The notes under the pieces: model-generated | The model's database searches: none | What the model was told of the DNA's origin: nothing | Seen by the model: only the letters and a program-made list of their open reading frames with translations | Translations under genes and position numbers: made by a program | In this document: in pieces, positions 38,690 through 52,700 of the stretch | Layout: every line of letters begins with the position of its first letter | Position numbering within the stretch: position 1 is the stretch's first letter | Assembly: GCA_002633005.1 (NCBI GenBank) | Contig: NMRA01000070.1 | Span: forward strand, 419,872 to 483,871 | DNA length: 64,000 nucleotides | Source: Phoronis australis | Taxonomy: Eukaryota > Animalia > Phoronida | Direction: 5' to 3'

Positions 38690-40395
38690 TTCATATTTTT
38701 TACGTTTGTCCGAGTCTGTTATTTGAGTTACGAGACAGTGGATTTTAGTGAAATTTGACAGATAGGTTTCTGTTAAGGAGACAACAAATGAATGCCTTTT
38801 CATTGTTCGGTAGATTCAACATTCTGCATCACCTAATGGCCATTTTTATGCGCCCACATATTTATATGGATGGGCTGGCATGAGCAAACTTTCAGATGGA
38901 TCCGACTACCGGTTTGCCCCCTAGTGGCAATTTTAGTTTTTTTACGTTTACCTCAGTCTGTATCTTCAAAAGTCCTGAATGGATTTTCATAAAATTTGGT
39001 ATATAGGCACCTATTGGTGAGATGACGCTATTCTCCCGTTTTCAGATAGATTTGACGAAGTTTGCACCACCTAGTGGCCATTTTTACTGTTTTTGAGTCT
39101 TTTTTGCGTCCACCCCTCTATCAATCAAACCGCTCAAAGAATGATTGTGAAAATTGGCATGTATGTTCTTATTATGAAGTGGACGGCTGACGTCAATTTT
39201 TCGACTAGTTCGACTACTGTGGCGCCTCCTAATGGCAGTTTTGTTTTTTTTGCGCTCATGGCTGTATCTATACTTCCGGACGGATCTGACTACTGGTGTG
39301 CCCCCTAGTAGCAATTTTAGTTTTTATGTTTACCAGTCTGTATCTTCCAAGGTCCTCAACAGATTTTCATAAAATTTTGAATATAGGCATCTATTGGCGA
39401 GATGACGCTATTGTCATGTTTTTGGATGGAATCGGGGTATTTTGCGCCACCTGGTGGCAATTATTGTTGTTTTCAAATCTCGTTTTTGGCGTACACCCCT
39501 CGATCAACCAAATCATTCTAGGGACGGTTTTGAAAATTGGCGTATATGTTTTCAGTGTGAAGAGGATGTTTGATGATGGCGACTGACTACTGTGGCACCT
39601 CCTAGTGGTAGTTTTTTGCGCCCGTAGCTGTATCTCCAAAATCCACTGCAGGATCTTTATTAGATTTATTAAGTGAATTTATATGAAAATAACAGTCGAC
39701 GACTTTCAGGCTGATGGAAAGGACGCTGTGCCCATAAGTGGCAATTTCATTTTGTTCCGTGTTCCTTTGTTTCTCTAAAGTTCCTCGACAGATTTTTATG
39801 AAATATGGCATGTTCCCATTTTTGGATGGATTGTACATTTTTGCTCCATTTAGTGGCCATTTTTATGATATAAATAAATAACCCTAAAAGCACACCATTT
39901 GTGATGCATTCGTGGGCGCATTTCAACGCTCCACGTTGCTCTTATTTTTTTAGTCCATTTTTGGCATCCGTCAAACTGCTCAAAGGATCATTTCTATTAT
40001 ACCTAGTTGTGTGCCTGATGAGAAGACCATGGTTTACGCAGATTTTCGGACGGCCGGGTCTTGAAATTTGTGATGTCCCCTTGTGTATTTTTTTGCGACC
40101 ATGGCTATAGGTTTACTTATTGTGACAATGGCTGCCTAGGACGTTTTGGATGGCTGACGTCCACTGTCCCCCTAGTGGCAATTTTAGTTTCTACGCTTGC
40201 CTTTGTATCTTTGGATTCCTCTAGTGGATTTTTATGAATTTTTATTGGCAGATAGTTTTGTAAGAGAGAGACGTCTTCCCTATTTTGGACGGGTTCGACA
40301 TATTCTGTGCCACGCAACGATCATTTTTATGATACTAACAAACCATTTGCAGTGCAGTAGTGGGTGCATTCCAACGCTCTGCATTGCTCTTGTAA
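38690..40395 (+). mobile_element. Cluster of Helentron/HINE-type elements with internal about 110-160 bp repeats carrying GCCCCCTAGTGGC motifs
   Basis: Left end tttttatgcgcccacata at 38842. Right-end sub-TIR gtgggcgcat plus the caacgct...gttgctctt palindrome near 39912-39943 and again near 40359-40392. The internal repeats have an about 380-bp higher-order period. Confidence 0.7.
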
Positions 40396-43300
40396 TATTT
40401 TAACTTTAAAGTTAGACAATATCGACTTCCGTTACTTTGTGGCGAGCCTCCACTGAATCGTGGAACGAAACTTGAGATTTGAGATTTGTCTGTGTACATA
40501 TTTATAAGGCAAGCCTAGTGAATTATCAACAAATCTTATTAGCGTGAAACGACAGGTCCCGGTACCGGAATTAGTTACTTCTGCTAGAAAGCAAATCAGT
40601 TTCCCCTATATGTACTGTGATGGAGATATTCTAATGAACCACATAATGACATCATCACAACTCTGCCCTCTCCCATCATAAATCGTCCTCTTCTCCAAAC
40701 CCCCTCCTCCTCAAGTGATGACGTAATATGTGAGTGCTCCCTAACCACATGAACACCATCAGATTTTTCAAAGAAAACCACTACAAGGCATAACTGATGA
40801 ATATATCTTTAATCAACATTATTCTGAGGGCAATGTGCAGAGTAGTCTCGGGTTTCACTCTGAGAACTGACCAGTCACCTTGCAGTTCAACTCAGTGACA
40901 TAAAACTAATGAGCTTTAAGGCTAGTCCAGAATTACAAACAACCTATACACCAAAATGAATATGAACGTGAGTATAATAACTTAATGAAGATGTTACAAA
41001 TAACATAATATACAAACTAAGTAAATTGAAAGTCGATGCAAATATGCCAAACTAATCATTCATTTTGTCATTCATTCTTGACACTCATTGTAATTCTGTT
41101 ACTTCATATTTTAAATATACTTGAAAATATAAGTGCAAAGGTGTTTCAGAAAGACTAACCCAGCAAAAGATGCAAGATTTCAAATTCAGTCCATTTTCAT
41201 TTCATGGACCAATACGCATGTTCACATTTCCTGCACCTTGCGGAAGAAAAACCTATTCTTATCTACTGTGACGAGTGTTCAACCAGCCAGAGCTAACATA
41301 CAGCTTTCTCAAAGGGCACACTGTCACACCAAGGTAGCTCTCAATACAAGCTCGAAAATGGGACAAAACCTCAATGGGAATAGTTTTACACTCTGCGTAA
41401 TAAGAACAGAGTAGACGAGGTGCTATTTGAGGCTCACTTTTGGCCAAAGTTAGTGCTCATCCCTAGCCCGCTCCATCAAGACATTAAGACAGGTTTGAAC
41501 GTTTTGAGAATGAGATTAGTGCGACAGGGCCATAAGAAAGCTTAGTACAATTTACCAACCAACAAGGTCTCTATAGCAACTGACATCACTTCACCACACC
41601 AACGAATTACACATGTAAATATGTTGTGTTCTGATGTGGCGCATAGGTTGTTCCTCTAAAACATTCAGCAATGATTTCTTCAAGAATCCCGACTTCTGTC
41701 CATGTCTGAATACTTAGGACAGAACTCTGTCACAGATTAAATTTAAAAATGCCAGCAACAGCTTTGCCAAGGTCAAAACTGCATTTTCACAAATCAAGCA
41801 GATATATAATTACATCAGAAACACTGAAACTGCTGGTCCCATGAAATCATCGCTGAATGTTTCACAAGTTTTTCTTTCATTGTTTATGCTTTCTGTTGGA
41901 AATGTTTATACATGAAGAAAATTTGGTCTGCATATACTTGCCAAATGTTTTATCTTATTTTCGCATCAAATGCACCACAAACTTGTAATAAATAAATATT
42001 TAACAGTATTGATTTTAACACAATGAAAGTTGTGAAAAAGACCAACTCGTTCCAACAAGAATCAATTTTACTGCTTTCAACGTGAATAATGTACAGTTTT
42101 TCAACTGGGCATAGGCCTGAACAGAAACAACCCCCATTTTCCGGAAACATTTTACACACGTCAATATGACAGTATTCATAACAAAATATTAATAATCACT
42201 ACATACAAAGTCTGAGCCTATTATAAATCTCTAAGATATGTCTATATACATTATGGAAGTCTACATAGCCTTTGGCTTCTACCCTTTATTTTTCCTCTCC
42301 TATGCCTTTCAACGTCTTGAATTACAAATGAAGTTCAAATTGACCTTAGAAATAATTCCAGCTTCATTTAGTTGGAAATATAATCACTCGACTGTCAAAC
42401 AGAATGGTTGTGGTAACACACGGTACAAAGTTGTAATCCCACTTAGCAAAGTGCTGCATACCAACCTCAAAACTTTCAAGAGCCGATGCCTTTGAATTCG
42501 GTTTAAATAAGGTAACAGTAGATATTTTAGGCTACCTGTAACAACAGTATATCTCACATAAGCTGGACGTGCGTTAAGTTGTACTTTCGCTTAACTCGGG
42601 GAGAAAATGTCCTGTAGTATAGTTACTTTAGTTTGCGCACTTTCCCTCACTAAACAATCTCTGGCTGGTTAGATTCAACTTATGCGAGTTTTACTGTACA
42701 GGCATTGAAGAATTACAGAACGCTTATGAATATAACAGAAATCAGCAATAGTAACTTACAGGGATCCAGGATTTTGAGAAGCATTTTAATGGCTGCTATT
42801 CAGTGGAGAAAATGATTATCGAAATCCGGAATCCCTATAAAAGGCTACAATCCAGAAATATGAACAACAAAGTTGAACAAAATAATCATATGTATCCACA
42901 TGAACAGATGTCAAGAATGTAACACAACGTAACACAATGTAAGGTTTGAACTCTTAAACCAAACCAGCCAATGTTAAACGATAGTTAAACCTTGCATTGT
43001 TATATATCAAAGGCCAAGAGCTCCTATAAGCTAAAACCATAAACATCAAACAAACTTGGAATAACGACCGTTCACTCACTGTCTCCAAACTACTTTTTCC
43101 AAGCATAATCTGAATATCAAATTAAGATCTTTACCATAGAAGTTCAACTCTGTCCAAACTTATTTTACATACGCAATTTAAATATCAAACCGAGTTCCTT
43201 CCCCACAAAAGTGCAGTTAAAAACAATTACAATTTTTTAAGGGCACAAAGCAAAGAACAAGGCCTCTTGGCAAACAAGTTGTACACGCACAAATCTACAC

Positions 43301-43780
43301 AAGTGTACAGTTAATTCTCCAGGTTCCCTAGTGGCAGGTCACGTTATCTAGAACTAATTAGGTCCTTAACCCCTTGCTTAAATAAGCAGTGTCTGGTGGT
43401 TAGGTCACCCCCTTCTGCATACAACACCAAAATCCCCTTACATTTACTAATAATTACTGTACAAAAATCATGTTCAAGGTTTATTTATGAAAGACAAAGG
43501 CAAATGTGTGTGACAGTTGGGCCGTTAGTATTGGTGTGACCGTAGATATCGCATTTAGTTCTACTAGATGTAACAAAGACAACAGGCCGAACAAATTACG
43601 AACGAGATACGAAACAACCACAACCTCTTCAAAATGGTTTGACTAACTGCCAATAAATTTACAGCCAAATTCTTGACCACCTTAATCCAATGAAGCCAGA
43701 ATTGGCTCACTTTGCGTGTGGCGCAACGTGTACACATATCCCCTATGGAAATGTCACATCAACGACGAGCAGCTCGTGGG

Positions 43781-46700
43781 TCACGATGAAGTCGACACAG
43801 GATTGTCACTGGAATTCGACTGTGCCACCTGGTGCGTAGCTGCCACCATCTGACCAGATTCAGCTATGCTGTGCTGCTGTGGGACACTCTGCGTCACATG
43901 TTGCATGGTCTGGCCGTGGGGTGGAGGCGGGGCCTGGCCCTGCATACCCATAATGGGCTGGTGGTAGCCGTATGGCCACATATTCCCCGGTGGCCAATAC
44001 TGTGGTGGATACTGGGCAGGGAACGGATACTGTCCAGAGAAGTGGCCCATCTGGTACGGCGGGTACATGGGCATCATGACTGCGTGTTGATTCATCAAAG
44101 GCATTTGATACTGTTGATTCATCATCGTCATTGGATACTGCGATACTGCCTGCTGCTGTGATGACGCTGTCTGCTCTGGCAATTGCATTTTACGGCCCGC
44201 TTTCGGCGATTCCAACGGTGTTGTGCCCACCTTGCTGCTGCTCACTTCTGGTTCACTAGTCCTTTCCATAAAATGTGTAAGCACAGCACCGGAGCTGGAT
44301 GACCTCTGCAGGTCTCCGTTGTCCACTGGCACCTGCCTCGTGTCAACAGGACCACTACCATTGTCTGCCTTCGCACTGTCAGCCGCCATCTCTGGTACTC
44401 CGCTGTCGCTTGAATGTCGGCCATTGAACACCTTGGACAAGTTCTTTGCGCTCTCTGGCTTGGCAGATCCATCATGTATAGGAAACACTTTCTGCTTCTG
44501 AACCACCAGTGTGTTGATCTCAAACTGCACAGTCTTCAGCTGGTTCAAGATCTGCTCCCGTCTGTAATATACATTTAATACATACTTATATTTTTACACA
44601 AATTTGGACCTATTCCGAAGGCGATATCAGGTCACATTGACCAAGGAAGGGTATTACTCTTCTCCTGAGGTCCATACAGCCCAATATGCTCAAAGGATCA
44701 GTCAACATTCGTTCTAATGCACGACCACTGATCATTCTTCACTGCATGTTTCTACCTGCATGGAGTACCGTTATCATCTACTCGCTTTGTTGTCATGGTT
44801 ACGATTGATCAGAATGCAAATAGAGACATCTGACATCCAGGCAACATGACTGAAAAGTGGTATTACAGCCAGCTTGGTCAACATTACCTCAGAACACAAG
44901 ATACCACGTTTTAGCCAATCAGACAGGACAGAAGTATTAGTGGTCATGAGATAATAAAGACCCAGTCACATGCACACTTAGGACACAATCCATTACGACT
45001 TAAAAGGGGACTGTAGTCAAAATAATGTTGTAGTTAATCGGTTCTAACATACAAATAAAACTTACATTTGCCTGACTTGCGTGCCAAACAAAAGCCAATT
45101 CGTATTCATGGTCAAAACACTGAATTCTGAAAGCGATCGCTGATTGGCTGATGTGTCAGTGACGTGAACGGCGGGGTATCGGCTGCTTTGCACATTCATT
45201 GCTTATGTCATATTTGAAGAGTTTGCATCGTAATTTATCATTGTATCAATCGTCCTTATTTTTTATTTTTTNNNNNNNNNNNNNNNNNNNNNNNNNNNNN
45301 NNNNNNNNNNNNNNNNNNNNNNNNNNNNNNNNNNNNNNNNNNNNNNNNNNNNNNNNNNNNNNNNNNNNNNNNNNNNNNNNNNNNNNNNNNNNNNNNNNNN
45401 NNNNNNNNNNNNNNNNNNNNNNNNNNNNNNNNNNNNNNNNNNNNNNNNNNNNNNNNNNNNNNNNNNNNNNNNNNNNNNNNNNNNNNNNNNNNNNNNNNNN
45501 NNNNNNNNNNNNNNNNNNNNNNNNNNNNNNNNNNNNNNNNNNNNNNNNNNNNNNNNNNNNNNNNNNNNNNNNNNNNNNNNNNNNNNNNNNNNNNNNNNNN
45601 NNNNNNNNNNNNNNNNNNNNNNNNNNNNNNNNNNNNNNNNNNNNNNNNNNNNNNNNNNNNNNNNNNNNNNNNNNNNNNNNNNNNNNNNNNNNNNNNNNNN
45701 NNNNNNNNNNNNNNNNNNNNNNNNNNNNNNNNNNNNNNNNNNNNNNNNNNNNNNNNNNNNNNNNNNNNNNNNNNNNNNNNNNNNNNNNNNNNNNNNNNNN
45801 NNNNNNNNNNNNNNNNNNNNNNNNNNNNNNNNNNNNNNNNNNNNNNNNNNNNNNNNNNNNNNNNNNNNNNNNNNNNNNNNNNNNNNNNNNNNNNNNNNNN
45901 NNNNNNNNNNNNNNNNNNNNNNNNNNNNNNNNNNNNNNNNNNNNNNNNNNNNNNNNNNNNNNNNNNNNNNNNNNNNNNNNNNNNNNNNNNNNNNNNNNNN
46001 NNNNNNNNNNNNNNNNNNNNNNNNNNNNNNNNNNNNNNNNNNNNNNNNNNNNNNNNNNNNNNNNNNNNNNNNNNNNNNNNNNNNNNNNNNNNNNNNNNNN
46101 NNNNNNNNNNNNNNNNNNNNNNNNNNNNNNNNNNNNNNNNNNNNNNNNNNNNNNNNNNNNNNNNNNNNNNNNNNNNNNNNNNNNNNNNNNNNNNNNNNNN
46201 NNNNNNNNNNNNNNNNNNNNNNNNNNNNNNNNNNNNNNNNNNNNNNNNNNNNNNNNNNNNNAGCAGCGCTCCAAGCCGGTAATTTTTTGAGCTTCGTTAG
46301 AGAATATAAGTTTAATTTTTGGTGTTGAATTATTTGTGAAATTAATCAACAATTCATAGAAAACTATCCAGAATTTATTCAGAATAAAATACAGTTCCCC
46401 TTTAAGTACGACTAACAAATAAGGACCAACTTCAACTGATAGAGTAATAAAATAAACTAAATGCACTACCAACTAATCAACAAATATGGTGCCGGCGAGG
46501 TTCACTCAACAAAGGTGATGAAAACAGAGTTCGAACTTTTTAGTAACTCTTGACTGTGCGTGATTAAAAAAGTTCTAAATTTCTTAAATATTTTTGAAAG
46601 GCTAGCTATGTTGCTGTAAAAGCTCATTCAGAAGACATTGTTTGGTGACATCTGTAACGTACAAATCATGCCAACAACAAAGTAAGACATTCTTAAAGGT

Positions 46701-49700
46701 ATTGTTGAGAAATTAGCCAAAACGAATTTCCACTCATTTGGCGTGTTGCGTCCCTACATGAAGAATACTTACCGAAAGCAGTCCTCAACAAGACAAAAAA
46801 TTCTAATTACTATGAACATAAACAAATCGGCAACATGCATAGTCCTCCAGTAGATTATGGTAAAATATCACTAATTTGGGTCACAATATGGCGGACAGGT
46901 GAAATTTTATTTTCTTATTTTTTGTAAATGATACACAGTGCAAAAGCATGCTTTGCTGTACTCAAGATCATTTTTGACTTGAGTCTAAGATTAGCCTCAA
47001 CTTCCACATCCAGTAAGATGGTCAAAATTAAAACGAAACTTAAGATCTCTTTCTTGAAACAGATTTCATACAAATTTAAGATATGTCCTAGCTAAGCCAG
47101 TTTTCTTGCAACAGGACCCTGAACCATAGCTACTATCAGTGTTTTAAAAAATCTTGATCATCCACAATTTTTGAAGCCTCGAAAAATGAGGAAATTACTA
47201 TTTTGGCAAATATTTTTTGGTCGAAACTGGCAAGATTTTACCACAGCACCATTTCACGTATCATTGGACCCTGATTTCTACCTTGTGAGTAATTCACTGA
47301 AGTCTGGATCGTTCTCGATGGCAAAACTGTGGTACGGAGATACCGGCGACATCAGGTTGGTTGGCAACGCCTGTAACACAAACAGCGCACCACACTTACA
47401 CACCTTGGTCAGAAACAGACGAGGTATATATTTATCTTTAAAGCGTAGCAACTGAACAGTACTGCATCATTTCCTGGGCTTGGAATGACCAATGACAAAA
47501 AGAGAGGACAAACTTCCATAAGATGTATTGCTACACAAATAAATAGCCTTGGGTAATAGAAATATTTTTGTGCTGCAACATTTAACTTGAATAAACATTT
47601 TGCATGAATAAAGTCAAAATAATGATGAAAAAGAGACGAAAAAAGAGAAAACTAGACATCAAATAAGAGGAAATCAAAACCCAGAGGAAATCCACTTAAA
47701 ATCATAAAATTCCAAGCCCTGAATTTCTAATGCCTACAAACTAAACAAAAGAAATCCAAAATTATGAAAGCCGCTATTGAATAATAAAAAATATCTACAA
47801 ACAAGAAATCAAAACTATGAAATCTGCTTGTCAAAATTCAAAAGTTTGACAGTTGGTGATACCTCTTTCTGAACAAAATTAAGAATAAAAGACAAGAAAA
47901 TATTAGTACACTTCAAGCAATGCCCATTGACAGCTTCGAACCACCTCACTCGAAAACCAAGGGTAAAGATTTCAAGATATGTTGATGTAAAACAGAAATA
48001 ACAGTTAAACAGGAAATTAAACTTCATTAAAGACATAACAGAGATTATGTTAGAGTATGTGATAAATACTGTTTCCTGCATTATCAAGTAAAACTTGGAG
48101 GAAACTTTCACAAAAGAATCTTATTAAATGATAAAAACAGGAATAATTTAAAAAAACACCGATCTCACAGCTATGTGAACAAGACGATTGATTATGCCTA
48201 AAGAGTAACGCCAACGGGCCTACAAACAGAAATCGCACACCAGCAAAATGTGAAACCTGGGCGAAAAACATGAATACCAGACACACAACAAGTAACACGA
48301 GCATGTGCCAGGAATGGGGGTCAACTTTGCAGGTGTGTGATTCCTTGCTACAGATCTGGTCAACTAGTTCAATGTCCCCTGAATCTGATGAGTAACTCTA
48401 GAAGTGCATGTGTACAGACAGGAAACAGGCCACCTGTCATGTGAAATTACACGAGCCTCATAAAGGAAAAGATTTGAAAAACCAACTCAGTGGTTACAAG
48501 CACTTGTTCAGTCTCATAAAAACTGTAGCACCTGGGCAGTTCTCAGTATGCCCTTGAAATAAGGGCAAAATGAGTTGGAATTATGTGATTGGCCAAATGT
48601 GTCCATTGCTACCCATCACCACCCTTTCTCATCGAGGTGTTACGATAGACATGGACGTTCTGAGAACGCGCTTGGTGCGACAGAGGATTAAGTAAATACC
48701 CATGACTGGCTTTTTTCTGCCTTCAATTTGGCTCACAGCTGTCATTTGCCCCATTGTCACTAAAAACAAGGCCTTCTTTCCTTGACACTTTCTGCTTCAT
48801 TTTAGCAATTGAAATCGACACAAAACAAAGTTTTAATGCAATTAATTGAGCCACAGCGTAAATCCCAAATGTTTTCTCATTAAAGTGTGTCGAATTTTGT
48901 TTGGTTTGTCACTCACCAACAAAATGGCCACCACAGGTGAATCCTACCAACTTCACTTTTCATGAACACGAAAAAATTGACAATAATTACTTGTTTTGGT
49001 TGATGCTATCAAAGCAGCATTTCACCATTCAGATGGCTAACGAGCAAACATCAAACCGGACCTTTTTCTCTCATAAAATAAGTGCCATTAGTCTTTAGTG
49101 CGATAGCATTCCCTTTCAGTTACTAACAAGAGCATCAAAACTATCACTAACTCAAGAAAACATTTGAGTTTGTTACGAATATGAAAATGTCATGTGCAAC
49201 TTGAATTACCAGCTCATTCAACAACAATTCAAAATCGGATAAGCATGGTTCCGTAATGTTCTTAAGCTCCAAAGCGCTTCGTCGGTGAATTGAAGACAGT
49301 TTATCAGCAGCCAAATTCCCTGTTAACTGATGACAATCCAGGAAAAAGTATTTGGAAAGTATAACCTCTCACCAATCTCTTGAATTTGTTTCCATCAGAA
49401 TAAGCAGATCCAGAAACATCACACAATTTGACTTTGTCACATGCAAGCAGAACAACGGAACTACAGTTACCAAGTCATTCAGTTTCAGGGAAGCAGCTTA
49501 TCTTACTAAATTAAGCTTGAAATTATAAATAGGACTAAGACAGTTGGCAAATATTTCAGCTCCAACAACTGAATGTTTGAAGGAATTGGCATACTTCAGG
49601 TTTACATTTAAATATTAGATATTTAGTGAAACTGATGAACATCCATGGATTGCCTAGTCACAGTATTAATGACTAAAATTAATAACAGGAAAGAGGATCA

Positions 49701-52700
49701 CAATACTGTTAGTAGACAGGCACGGCAAATCTAAAGTAACATGACCAACAATCTACCTGCGGTGGGGAAGAAGTGTTCCTCCCTTCAGCATCCAAATCAA
49801 CACTGCGTTCGTCAACAGGCTGCTTAGGAGCAGGCTCACGCTCAGAGGCAGGACTAGCCACCACCGAGTGAGGTGCTAGGACTGACAGAGAGGTGCTAAT
49901 AGGTGCGTTAGTAGTGTGTGTTGTCAAGTTAGCGGTACTACAAACAACAGGAAGCGGTGCTACAGTGTCAGGCACACAGGAAGAAACAGGCGCAGCAACG
50001 CGAGCAGTCTGAGTTAATGACAAGGGAGGCTCTTCTTCAGCTGGAGGATGTGAACTAGCACAGACAGGATGATCAGTGACTGACTGTGGTGGTACGATTT
50101 TTACTGTGAGGGAAGGTTCTATGGTGGGACTGGACCGGCAACTACTCAATGCCGAACACACACTCAAACTAGGCGACGAGCCAGTGAACGTGTCATGCAT
50201 GCGTAGTTGGGTTATATCAGGGTGCATTATGGGAGTGAACTGTTGTGTGACAGGACGAAACAAATTAGAGTCCACCTCCAGTCCAACGGGGTTAGATGGG
50301 AAGGTTGGCTGGTTAATGTACGTCATGAACTGGTGGGTGGGAAAGCCTGGGTACGACGGTGGCATGGCATATTGTTGGCAGGGCATGGTGGTGGCTGAGT
50401 AACCAGTCGCTGAGCTTACCTCCATCATGACTGGCATGCGGGGCTGTGGAGCGTGCAGCTGAGACATACAAGGGGCAAGCTGAAGTGATCCTGCGACAGC
50501 TGTGGAAATAGACACTTGGTGTTGAAAGATCTCTTCCACCTCTGTGTTGCACGATGCTGAAACACGTCGCCTCAGCATTTCGGTTTTTCTGTTTTCATTG
50601 TCGGCAGGTGTGGACGCTCGTCGCCCCCGCTGGAGCAAATTGACGTCCACCTTCGACGGCAATGTTTCTATTGTCTGACGGTAGGCAGCGACCTTTGGTG
50701 GGACCTCTGCACCATGGTAGCTCGACGTGGTTTCCCTTACCTCGTCCGCTCTGGTCTCGTGAACCTGAAGCGGACCGGAGGCAGGCTGTGAGCTTACAAC
50801 AGGACTAGTGTGGGTGGTAACAGTGACAGAGCTGGCAGCCATCTGGGCTTGGCCCAGCTGCAGCTCAGGTGTGAGGATTACATTGCTAACAGTGCAGTCA
50901 ACTACAGAAGCTGTGCTAGACAGGCTGCCAGAGGCACTAAGCCTTGCATCACTTACACTCACACTAGGAATGGGTCCTGCAATAGCGCTATCCTCTACAG
51001 TAAAGACGGGGTGTTTCAAGCTAGAACCACAAGCAGTTTGCAAAGTAGGAGACAGATCACAGCTAAATGGGTCAGCTACAACAGAAGCGGATGCATTTCT
51101 AGTAATCGAATTGTTTAGAAAATTAATATCATGCAAGCTAATAGCGATGGTGGCAGGTGTCGCCAGACTCATGGCTGCCACATGTGTAGAGGTTAAACTG
51201 CTACTTACACTCACGTCACTCGAGTTAGTAGGCACGACACTCGGCAGGTTAGATGGTGATTCTGGAATGAGCACCAGCACGCCGCCTGGTGATGATGCAA
51301 CAGTCCCTGGCGGCCCCTCCTCCTTTCCCACGTTCTGCCCATCACAAGTTGCCGACACCAACAGGTCGGCCCTGTTCTGAGTAAGAGGAATGTATGCCGT
51401 CGATGGCGGTGTAGCTGTCAGTACAGGAGGACTGCATGCTGGAGATTTATCGGTCTGGAACGTTCCACCTTCTTTCTGTTTTTCCAGTGTCGGTCGAGGT
51501 GACTTGGTTTCCCTTTCCTCAAGAGGTGGCGTGCCATCGTGCGCATCATCATTACCATCAGGATTCCGAAAATCCTCCTCTTTCCCGTCATCTTCTTGAG
51601 CAGCCTCTGTAATTTTATCGGTAGTTGTCGTTACCTGGAAACGACCTTTCACAGATTTCTTCCTAGCTAAAGGTTTGGCAGGTTTGTCCCCACTGGAACT
51701 GTCGTCCACAGATTCCTTGGAATCTTGAAGATCCTTCCGACTGGTCATTGTATCGTAGTCCGAATCAGAACCTATTGTAAATCGTGCCAGAGGCGATCCC
51801 CTGGTCGCAGAATCCTCAAATGCTTCATCCACCATGTCAGGAGTTTCCTTCAAGGCTTTTGTCTCTTCAACAGGAGATGGCGCCTCCTCGGGTACTTTGG
51901 TCACAGCAAACTTTTTCTTCTCACCAACTATCTTCTCTACAGTGTGTGCTGCCGGGTCTCCCAGAGAGACGGGCAAAATAGGGGGCGTAGCTGGCTGCAA
52001 AATGAGACTAGGAGCGCTCTGGGCCACAGTAGGTGCCAGGTGGGTATGCTGAGAGTCCTGACTGGCCGGAGTAGTGACATTGCCTAACGGGGCTGAATGT
52101 GTCTGAGGAAGCTGGTCCGCCTTTTGGCTATCATTGATAGATTCCTCGCTTGGAATGGACACGTTAGACTGATCCAGCACAGACTTTGTCCGCCCAACTT
52201 GCCCAGGTGTCGTTGGAGGCAGGTCCTGCTGGGATGTCGCTCGCTGCGGAGCGGCGGGTCCCTGTGCCTGAGGTACTACTGCGCAGGGCTGACTGACGGG
52301 CAGCCCATCAGGCCTGGCTGCGGGAGGCGTGGATGAGGCATCGTGAGGAATAGCACAGCCAGAACCATCCTTCCTGCCCATGATGTTTTGTAGGGACGCG
52401 TCCAGTTTGGCCATCTCCGACTCGAGAGACTTGGGTGGCCGTTTCCTTTCTGGAGTATCCCTTGCACTAGACACCACCTGCGATGAGGTGCCAGACTGTG
52501 TGGTCTGCGGAGATGTTTGGGAACTGGTCTTTCCACCATCCTCACCACCAGGCACGTGTTTCCGCGGCGATGTTGGTGACATGACAGCGGACTTGGCTGG
52601 CGTCTGTGGCTGTATCTGCTGTCCTGAAGAATGTTGTTGTTGATGTTGCTGTTGATGCTGTTGAACCATTTCTTGCTGTGCAACTGGTGCTTGTTGTTGT

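Noticed and set aside
45199-46472. Long ORFs of 363 and 408 aa
   Set aside because: Artefacts of translating the N gap.
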